Below are positions 8,661 to 15,280 of a DNA stretch of 16,680 nucleotides, in pieces. Where the stretch lies: contig JAZGDW010000304.1 of NCBI GenBank assembly GCA_036478295.1, forward strand, positions 1-16,680. Reading direction: 5' to 3'. Origin of the DNA: Candidatus Krumholzibacteriia bacterium (lineage in GTDB: Bacteria > Krumholzibacteriota > Krumholzibacteriia > WVZY01). The position numbers and the translations under genes are program-made. How positions within the stretch are numbered: the first letter of the stretch is position 1; each line of letters starts with the position of its first letter. The notes below the pieces were generated by a model, which saw only the letters and a program-made list of their open reading frames with translations, made no database searches and had not been told where the DNA came from.

Positions 8661-9043
8661 AGTCCGGAAAGGAGTGTCTTGACTCGGGCCGCGATGTCGT
8701 CTCTGACGCTATTGAACGGTTCCGGTGCCATGTGCTTCGGATCGGCAATGTCCCAATCGACGCGATTCCTGGCGGGGACGGATTGACATGCATCGCCACA
8801 CCCCATGGTCACCACGTAGTCGAAGGTAACGGCAGGCATGTCGTCGAGTGATTTCGACCGGTGCGTGGAAAGGTCATAGCCGAGTTCAGCCATGGCCGTG
8901 ATGGCCTTCTCGTTCACCACGCCCAACGGAGACGATCCCGCGCTGATCGCTTCGACCTTGTCGCCACCGTACATTTTGGCGAAAGCCTCGGCCATCTGGC
9001 TGCGGCACGAGTTCTCTGTGCAGACAAACAGCAACCGGTTCAC
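8657..9043 (-). CDS. arsC: Arsenate reductase of the low-molecular-weight phosphatase (LMWP) family
   Basis: P-loop LFVCTENSCRSQMAEAF (CX5R), SAGS, resolving-Cys motif VVTMGCGDAC, WDIADP, VRDDI; GTG start with GGAG upstream. Confidence 0.85.
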   Translation of the reverse strand: MNRLLFVCTENSCRSQMAEAFAKMYGGDKVEAISAGSSPLGVVNEKAITAMAELGYDLSTHRSKSLDDMPAVTFDYVVTMGCGDACQSVPARNRVDWDIADPKHMAPEPFNSVRDDIAARVKTLLSGL

Positions 9044-9070
9044 GTCAGGAAACTCCGCGTGCGACGGCCG

Positions 9071-10501
9071 CTAGAAATCGACCTCGAAAGCAACAAATTG
9101 CATACGTCCATTTCGTTCCACCTGAAAAACCACCGCGTCTCCGACCCGCAGTTTTCGCACCTCGCTGCGGAGCGTCTTGAGGTCGTCGATCTGCGTCTGG
9201 TTCATGGTGTGTATCACGTCGCCCGGCTTCAGGCCGTTGAGGTCGAACGGAGCGTCCGACGCCCGCGCGGCCACCACGACGCCGTCCTCCTGCCGGAGCG
9301 GCGGCAGCATCTGCAGGATGGTGCGGTCGAGGTCGACGGCGAGTATGCCGAGTTTTGGAATCAGGTTCTTGTCCGGTTTTACCAAATCTGAGAACCGGGT
9401 GGGATCGTCCTGGCGCTCGATGACGGTCGCGCGCAGCGTCACGGGTCCCGACTTGCGAACAACGTCCAGGGTTACCTCCTCGCCAATTGCGCGCCGGTAC
9501 AGGTTGACGTCGAACTGGCGGCCGTTCTCCATGATCTTACCGTCCAGCCTGCGGATCACGTCTCCAATCCTCACGCCAGCTCGTTCCGCGGGTCCACCGG
9601 GAAACACGTCTGAGATCACCACGCCCCACTGCTGCGGCAAGCCCAACCCGTCGGCCATGGTGCTCGTGATTGTCTGCGCGTTGACACCAATCTGACCCCG
9701 GCGCACCCTTCCGCTCGCCCGGAACTGGTTGTAAACATTGCGGACAATATTGCTCGGCGCGGCAAAACCGACACCTTCGCTACCACCGGTATGCGTGAAG
9801 ATAAACGTATTGATGCCGACGACACGGCCGTCGGTGTCGACAAGGGGTCCGCCGCTGTTGCCCGGGTTGATCGTGGCGTCCGTCTGAATATAGATCATGC
9901 GATCTTCCGGACGCATCTGCCTCGAAACCGAGCTGACCACGCCCATGGATACGGAGTTTTCGAGACCGTACGGGCTGCCGAACGCCAGCACGATCTGGCC
10001 CTGGCGCAGATCATCCGAATCACTCAATTCCAGGTAGGGAAGGTTGGTCGCCTGCACTTTCAGTACGGCGAGATCGGTTTCGCGGTCTATGCCCACGATC
10101 TGCGCACCGAAGCGCCTGCCCTTTGGCTGCAGGATCGAACGCCCCCGCGCGTCACCCTCGACTTGCATGGGAATCAACACCTGGACCCGTCGCGCCGTTT
10201 CCACCACGTGGGCGTTGGTCACGATATAGCCGTCGGGATGAAGTATCACACCGCTGCCCGAGCTTCGTACCTTGCCCAGCAGGTCCGAGGTCGTCGAGCC
10301 CCGACCGGTCGGCCCGTACCCCGACGAAAAAATCTGTACCACTGCGGGCTGGATCTTGGCGACCAGGATCTCGAAGGAATTACTGAGGCCGGTGAGCGCT
10401 TCTACCTCGCCCGTCGAAGACTGGGCGCAGGCGCTGTGAGGAACTCCGTGGACAAGCAGGATCGAGAGCATCACTCCCAGTGCGGACCGCAATAGTGTCA
10501 T
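9071..10501 (-). CDS. HtrA/DegP/DegQ family periplasmic serine protease with two PDZ domains
   Basis: Catalytic triad motifs VTNAHVV, TDLAVLK and IQTDATINPGNSGGPL; PDZ motifs GGPAERAGVRIGDVI and GLKPGDVI; signal peptide after ATG 10501, preceded by GAGGAGGAG (ORF track starts at 10534). Confidence 0.95.
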   Translation of the reverse strand: MTLLRSALGVMLSILLVHGVPHSACAQSSTGEVEALTGLSNSFEILVAKIQPAVVQIFSSGYGPTGRGSTTSDLLGKVRSSGSGVILHPDGYIVTNAHVVETARRVQVLIPMQVEGDARGRSILQPKGRRFGAQIVGIDRETDLAVLKVQATNLPYLELSDSDDLRQGQIVLAFGSPYGLENSVSMGVVSSVSRQMRPEDRMIYIQTDATINPGNSGGPLVDTDGRVVGINTFIFTHTGGSEGVGFAAPSNIVRNVYNQFRASGRVRRGQIGVNAQTITSTMADGLGLPQQWGVVISDVFPGGPAERAGVRIGDVIRRLDGKIMENGRQFDVNLYRRAIGEEVTLDVVRKSGPVTLRATVIERQDDPTRFSDLVKPDKNLIPKLGILAVDLDRTILQMLPPLRQEDGVVVAARASDAPFDLNGLKPGDVIHTMNQTQIDDLKTLRSEVRKLRVGDAVVFQVERNGRMQFVAFEVDF

Positions 10502-10546
10502 TACTCCTCCTCTGAATAACAATCGACCGGCCACCGGTGGCTCGTT

Positions 10547-11011
10547 CTACAATTCGAGCCCCATATACCTGGCGCCGGGAATCGGATCTTTCTTGTACGG
10601 CTCGATTTCTTTGAAATGAAAATGTTCATAAAGAGAAATGGCCTTTTTCATCAACGGCAGGGTATCCAGACACATACGCGAGTACCCCAATCTGCGCGCT
10701 TCCTCGACAATCCTCTCCACCAGCCGAAATCCAATTCGCTTGCCGCGAAAGGCCGGCCTGGCGTAGAGCCGCTTCATTTCGCAGCAGTCATCGGAGAGTT
10801 TCCTCAGCGCCACACATCCCGCCGTTTCCGTCCCGTAAAAGGCCACCAGCATACAACCCGCCGGCGGGCCGTATGCGCGCTCAAGGTCGGCGAGTTCCTC
10901 GTCGAAGTTCTCGAAACACGCTTCGAACCCCAGCCAATCCCAGTACTCGAGAAACAACTCGCGGACGATCTCCAGGTGCTCTTCGGATCGTGCCTGCACA
11001 ATTCTCAACAC
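10547..11011 (-). CDS. GNAT family N-acetyltransferase
   Basis: GCVALRK..CEMKRLYARPAFRGKRIG (acetyl-CoA motif A), LDTLPLM..AISLY..F.F; start uncertain (GTG 11011, GTG 11026 or TTG 11038). Confidence 0.92.
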   Translation of the reverse strand: MLRIVQARSEEHLEIVRELFLEYWDWLGFEACFENFDEELADLERAYGPPAGCMLVAFYGTETAGCVALRKLSDDCCEMKRLYARPAFRGKRIGFRLVERIVEEARRLGYSRMCLDTLPLMKKAISLYEHFHFKEIEPYKKDPIPGARYMGLEL

Positions 11012-11214
11012 GTCATAGTATTTCACGTCCCACGACAAAAATCAAGAAAGGGCAGGATAGTGGAAATCGTGCATCGCCATGGTTGCTTGCTCCCCCCCGG
11101 CTTCGAGTTTTGGTCATGACGGCGCAGCCGCCGTGGATTAGACTGGAGGTCGTGGGCGCGTCCTGGGCAGCAAGCCAGTCGATCCGGACTTTCGCTGATA
11201 CACGAGGAGAATTG

Positions 11215-11559
11215 ATGAATTACTATGACGCATGGTTCACACTAAAGAATACCGGCAAGGATCTCGAGTTCGCCAAGAGAGCCGAGGAGTTTCTCGGTCA
11301 CCTCAAGAAGCAGGGAATGATCGAAGGCTACAGTCTCAAGCGCCGCAAACTCGGGTTCGGCCCTCCGGGGCTGGGTGAGTTCAACATCACCATTGAAGTA
11401 CGCGACCTGGCCCAGTTGGACGGGGCCTTTCTGCACGCGGCGACCCGCGGTCCGGAAATAGAGCCCCTTCACGCGGGCGTGTACGCCATGATCGAAAACG
11501 TTACGTTCGCGCTGAGCCGGGATTTTCCCGACCCCGAGCGGCACGGGCTGAAGGAATAG
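11215..11559 (+). CDS. Small conserved hypothetical protein, DUF6614-like (114 aa)
   Basis: GAGGAG at 11204-11209 before ATG 11215. The sequence FLGHLK..G.IEGY.LKRRKLGFGP.GLGEF.I.IEV.DLAQLD.AF...H...FAL.RDFPD resembles DUF6614 as I recall it; not searched. Confidence 0.75.
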   Translation: MNYYDAWFTLKNTGKDLEFAKRAEEFLGHLKKQGMIEGYSLKRRKLGFGPPGLGEFNITIEVRDLAQLDGAFLHAATRGPEIEPLHAGVYAMIENVTFALSRDFPDPERHGLKE

Positions 11560-11570
11560 TGGAGGTTCGC

Positions 11571-12044
11571 ATGCCGGAATCAAGACGCGGGTTCGACATC
11601 CTTCGGGCCGGAGTGGAGCATCTAGAAGAGGTAGCGGCCCTCTTCGACGACTACCGGGTATTTTACAAGCGGCCCCCAGATGCCCCCTGCGCGACGAAGT
11701 TCATCGGGGAGCGCCTGCAGCAAAATGATTCCGTAATCTTCCTCGCGCGTGCCCGATCGGAAGGTGTGGGGGCCCTTCTCGGATTCACGCAGCTTTATCC
11801 CTCGTTTTCCTCGGTTTCGATGAAACGCCTGTGGATTCTGAACGATCTCTACGTCGCCGCGAAAGGCCGGCGGCAGGGAATCGCGAGGGCGTTGATCGAG
11901 CGCGCGCGGCAGCTCGCCGAGGAGACCGGCGCAAAGGGGTTGATTCTGGAGACGGCGATCGACAACGTTCCGGCTCGGAGCCTTTACGACGCCTGCGGCT
12001 TTATAAAGGACACCGAGTTCGACCGTTACGCGCTGGACGTGTAG
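11571..12044 (+). CDS. GNAT family N-acetyltransferase
   Basis: GGAGG at 11561-11565 before ATG 11571; LFDDYRVFY, GFTQLYPSFSSVSM, WILNDLYV..KGRRQGIARAL (motif A), LETAIDNVPARSLY. Confidence 0.93.
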   Translation: MPESRRGFDILRAGVEHLEEVAALFDDYRVFYKRPPDAPCATKFIGERLQQNDSVIFLARARSEGVGALLGFTQLYPSFSSVSMKRLWILNDLYVAAKGRRQGIARALIERARQLAEETGAKGLILETAIDNVPARSLYDACGFIKDTEFDRYALDV

Positions 12045-12131
12045 TCCTCGCCGGGCCGAGAACGCTGGCGGCGTACGAGCCATCGGCCGCTGCGGTGTGC
12101 CGGCGCCACGATGGCCGCACTCCGTTGCTTT

Positions 12132-13070
12132 CTATAATTCGAGTAGTTTCGAGAGGTTTCCGCCGAGAATCAGTCCCTGGTCCGGTGGCTGGATGCCGGC
12201 GTCCTGCATAGCGCGGGTCTGGGCATCGAGCACGTCTTTGCGGTAGCCTCGCGGGTAGCCGGCGGTGTCGGACCCGTACAGGATACGCTCGACACCGAAG
12301 AACTCCACGGCCTGCTCGAAGAGGTCTTCGAGATAAAGGGCGGGTGCCTGGAACATCCCCCATGTGTTGGACCCCGCAGTGTCCGCATAGACGTTGGGAC
12401 ACGCCTTGCCCAGGCGGAGGAACTCGTCGAAGAAGCCGGCACCGAAATGAGGCACGACGAAGGTCTGGTCGGGACGCGCCTTCGCAACGGGAATCAGGTC
12501 CTGTGGATGACCGCGGTCGAGTGGGAATTCTGGTTCGAGGCCAAGGGCGGCCCGGACGTTCAAACGCAGCAGACCGCAATGAACGAACACGACCATGCCG
12601 TGTTTTCGCGCGAGGTCAAGTGCCGGTACGGCAACATCGTCACCGATTCCATAGTCCCGCATCGCCGGAAAGAGCAGCATGCCTCGGAAGTGGTATCGTT
12701 CCTGAAGGGACTCGAGTTTGTCGAGTGTCTGGGGCTGGGTGGGGTCGACCATGGCGAAGGGAATCAGGCGACCGCCTGAAGTAAGGGCCGCTTCACCGAC
12801 CACCTCCATCTCGCCGGGAACCGACGCGAATGTGACCGCGCGGTTGATGCCGTGTGCGTCCAGGTCCGCGATAATGCGATCACGCAGCGCCGCCATGTCG
12901 TCACCGGGGACTTCGATGCCGTTATGGATCAGGCGCTCGAGCAGTGCGGCCACGTCGCCGCCCTCGACCTGACCGGCCTGGAACTCGTAGAACGCCCGGC
13001 TGAATAAATGGAGATGGGTATCGAATATGTGCATGGCGCTTTCGGGGTGGTTTGACCCCACAGCCAGCAT
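12132..13070 (-). CDS. Amidohydrolase family protein (Amidohydro_2-like metal-dependent TIM barrel)
   Basis: Metal ligands FDTHLH (HxH), VFVHCG, VVPHFGAG and RILYGSD. Start ATG 13070 has GAGGA 7 nt upstream; ATG 13034 is an alternative. Confidence 0.9.
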   Translation of the reverse strand: MLAVGSNHPESAMHIFDTHLHLFSRAFYEFQAGQVEGGDVAALLERLIHNGIEVPGDDMAALRDRIIADLDAHGINRAVTFASVPGEMEVVGEAALTSGGRLIPFAMVDPTQPQTLDKLESLQERYHFRGMLLFPAMRDYGIGDDVAVPALDLARKHGMVVFVHCGLLRLNVRAALGLEPEFPLDRGHPQDLIPVAKARPDQTFVVPHFGAGFFDEFLRLGKACPNVYADTAGSNTWGMFQAPALYLEDLFEQAVEFFGVERILYGSDTAGYPRGYRKDVLDAQTRAMQDAGIQPPDQGLILGGNLSKLLEL

Positions 13071-13084
13071 AGATTCATCCTCGA

Positions 13085-13113
13085 TTGAATTCAACGCAAT
13101 TAAGCGTTATAGT
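13085..13113 (+). promoter_or_regulatory. Putative sigma70 promoter for amrS, with overlapping dyad symmetries
   Basis: TTGAAT (13085-13090), 17-bp spacer, TATAGT (13108-13113), in an AT-rich island. Confidence 0.6.
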
Positions 13114-13147
13114 AAGTACGGCGCGGGTCTTCACGATCCCACCGAGA

Positions 13148-13185
13148 CGGCGATCGCAGCGCCCCGGGGCGTGGTTCGATCGCCG
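13148..13185 (+). other. Strong nested stem-loop in the predicted amrS 5' leader
   Basis: CGGCGATCG (13148-13156) is the exact reverse complement of CGATCGCCG (13177-13185) and encloses the palindrome CGCCCCGGGGCG (13160-13171). Confidence 0.6.
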
Positions 13186-13217
13186 CAGACCGACTTAACG
13201 ACCGCACGGCCGGAAAA

Positions 13218-14309
13218 ATGAACGAAGAAACCCCACAAATCGTGCCGGGCCGCTACTGGCACCGCCTGGAAGACGACCGCATCCAGTGCGACATTTGTCC
13301 CCGTTTCTGCAAGCTGCGTGAGGGTCAGCGCGGGCTGTGCTTCGTGCGTGCCCGGGAGAACGATCAAATCGTGCTGTCCACCTACGGCCGTTCGAGCGGG
13401 TTTTGTATCGACCCCATCGAAAAAAAGCCGCTGAATCATTTCTACCCGGGGACGCCGGTGTTGTCCTTTGGAACGGCGGGCTGCAATCTCGGTTGCAAAT
13501 TCTGCCAGAACTGGGACATAAGCAAATCACGAGAGATCGATACGCTGGCCGACAGCGCCTCACCCGAACGGATCGCTCGCGCTGCAAAGGCTCTCGGGTG
13601 CCGCAGCGTGGCGTTTACCTACAACGACCCTGTGATATTCCTGGAATACGCCGTGGATGTCGCCGAGGCGTGTCGCGAGTCCGACATAAAAACAGTGGCG
13701 GTGACCGCAGGATACATGTGTGAAGAGCCGCGCAAGGAATTCTATCGGTATATGGATGCGGCCAACGTCGACCTCAAAGCGTTTACCGACAAATTCTACA
13801 AAAAGATCTGTGCGGGCGACCTGCAGAGTGTTCTCGACACGCTCGTGTACCTGAAACACGAAACGGATGTCTGGTTCGAGATCACCACGCTCCTCATTCC
13901 TGGTGAGAACGATTCGCCCGAGGAGATCGATGCGCTTTCCCGGTGGGTGGTGGACAACCTGGGCCAGGACGTCCCCCTGCATTTTTCGGCGTTTCACCCC
14001 GACTGGAAGATGTTGGACAAGCCGCCGACGCCGCCAGGAACGCTCACACGCGCCCGTGAGATCGCGGTTGCCAACGGCGTCCTCTACGCCTATACCGGAA
14101 ATGTGCATGACGAGAACGGCAGTTCGACGTTCTGCCACGCTTGCGGCGAGCGCGTGGTCGGGCGCGACTGGTACGAGATGACCGCCTGGAACCTGAGCAA
14201 CGACGGTAGCTGCGGTGCCTGCGGGGCCCGCTGCGCCGGTGTCTTCGACGGACCCCCCGGCCGGTGGGGGTCAAAACGGCAGCCGGTTCGTCTTGGAGAA
14301 TACGCTTGA
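13218..14309 (+). CDS. amrS: AmmeMemoRadiSam system radical SAM enzyme
   Basis: N-terminal CDICPRFC...GLC.VR; IDPIEKKPLNHFYPG; radical SAM GCNLGCKFCQNWDISK (CX3CX2C); AFTYNDP; ANVDLKAF; PLHFSAFHPD; YTGNV; C-terminal CHAC...CGACG. Confidence 0.95.
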   Translation: MNEETPQIVPGRYWHRLEDDRIQCDICPRFCKLREGQRGLCFVRARENDQIVLSTYGRSSGFCIDPIEKKPLNHFYPGTPVLSFGTAGCNLGCKFCQNWDISKSREIDTLADSASPERIARAAKALGCRSVAFTYNDPVIFLEYAVDVAEACRESDIKTVAVTAGYMCEEPRKEFYRYMDAANVDLKAFTDKFYKKICAGDLQSVLDTLVYLKHETDVWFEITTLLIPGENDSPEEIDALSRWVVDNLGQDVPLHFSAFHPDWKMLDKPPTPPGTLTRAREIAVANGVLYAYTGNVHDENGSSTFCHACGERVVGRDWYEMTAWNLSNDGSCGACGARCAGVFDGPPGRWGSKRQPVRLGEYA

Positions 14310-14357
14310 GCTGCCCGTTTGCCGCCACCCGTGCGATTCCCGGAGTGTAGCTGGTTT

Positions 14358-14972
14358 ATGATTATCGATCCCGCGAAGGTCACCGCGAAAGAATGTTACA
14401 AGTTGATGGTCGGCAGCATCGTGCCGAGGCCGATCGCCTTCGTGTCAACGGTGTCGGGTGACGGTTCCGTCAACCTGGCACCATTCTCGTATTTTACCGC
14501 CATCACATCTGCTCCGCCGACGGTATGCTTCGCGCCCGGGCGTCGGTCGCGGGACGGCGATCGTAAGGACACACTCTCCAACATCGAAGCCACGGGCGAA
14601 TTCGTGGTGAACGTGGTCACCGAGGCCATCGGTGCGGCGATGCATGAAACCGCCGGGGAGTTTCCCGCCGACGTGGATGAATTCGAGGTGGTTGGACTCA
14701 CACGGGAGCCGAGCCGGATCGTCAAACCGCCACGGGTGAAAGAATCACCAATCAACATGGAGTGCAGAGTGTACGATATCATACACATAGGCGGAGACAA
14801 GCCCACGGGAGGCTCGCTGGTCATTGGAGAAATTGTTTTGTTCCATATCGAGGACGATCTCTACGATGCGGGCCGCATCGATATCCAGAAACTCAATCCG
14901 CTGGGGCGTCTGGCCGGTGATGATTACACCGCGCTGGGCCGGATCATTTCTCACAGGCGAAAGAAACTCTAG
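14358..14972 (+). CDS. Flavin reductase-like FMN-binding split-barrel protein (DIM6/NTAB family)
   Basis: YKLMVGSIVPRPIAFVST, NLAPFSYF, KDTLSNIEATGEFVVN, DEFE..GL, PPRVKESPINMEC and LGRLAG..Y; start placed at ATG 14358 (ORF track starts at 14319). Confidence 0.93.
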   Translation: MIIDPAKVTAKECYKLMVGSIVPRPIAFVSTVSGDGSVNLAPFSYFTAITSAPPTVCFAPGRRSRDGDRKDTLSNIEATGEFVVNVVTEAIGAAMHETAGEFPADVDEFEVVGLTREPSRIVKPPRVKESPINMECRVYDIIHIGGDKPTGGSLVIGEIVLFHIEDDLYDAGRIDIQKLNPLGRLAGDDYTALGRIISHRRKKL

Positions 14973-14986
14973 CTGTGGAGGCGAAT

Positions 14987-15271
14987 ATGTCTGGTTTTTT
15001 CTTACCGCGCAAAGGAATCGCGTTGCTGGCCGCTCTCGGACTTCTGGCCGTTGTAAGTATAGGCTCACTGCGGCACGCCTCCGGCACGCCGCAAACAAAG
15101 ATCGAGTACTGGGTCGTGGAGGTCGATGTGAGTGGCTCCGAACGCCCGAGCCGCGCGGTCCAGGAAAGACTCAGCAAGCTCGGCGAGTCGGGATGGACCC
15201 TGATTGAGATCGAGGAACAGCCGGAGAAACCCTTGGTCCTGTGGTTGGTGATGAGCCGGGAAGAGCGGTAG
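14987..15271 (+). CDS. Small exported or membrane-anchored protein, DUF4177-like (94 aa)
   Basis: GGAGG at 14977-14981 before ATG 14987; hydrophobic N-terminus (IALLAALGLLAVVSIG); EYWVV...ERLSKLGESGWTLI resembles the EYKV...LN.LG.EGWELV pattern. Confidence 0.65.
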   Translation: MSGFFLPRKGIALLAALGLLAVVSIGSLRHASGTPQTKIEYWVVEVDVSGSERPSRAVQERLSKLGESGWTLIEIEEQPEKPLVLWLVMSREER

Positions 15272-15280
15272 CATTTGCGC

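Noticed and set aside
11176..11200. Minus-strand GAAAGTCCGG resembling the RNase P RNA conserved motif
   Set aside because: Only a partial match, the intergenic space is far too short, and other RNase P motifs are absent.
10873..11214. N-terminal half of the 228-aa ORF 10873..11559
   Set aside because: Overlaps the opposite-strand GNAT and has non-protein-like composition; the SD at 11204-11209 supports a start at 11215.
12079..12115. GCCATCG...CGATGGC inverted repeat between the convergent GNAT and amidohydrolase genes
   Set aside because: 7-bp stem with a 23-nt loop and no U-tract on either side; too weak to call a terminator.
13218..14309. Radical SAM gene as an arsenic-pathway enzyme linked to arsC
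   Set aside because: Its motifs (DPIEKKPL, N- and C-terminal Cys clusters) are those of AmrS, and it is about 4 kb away in a different transcription unit.
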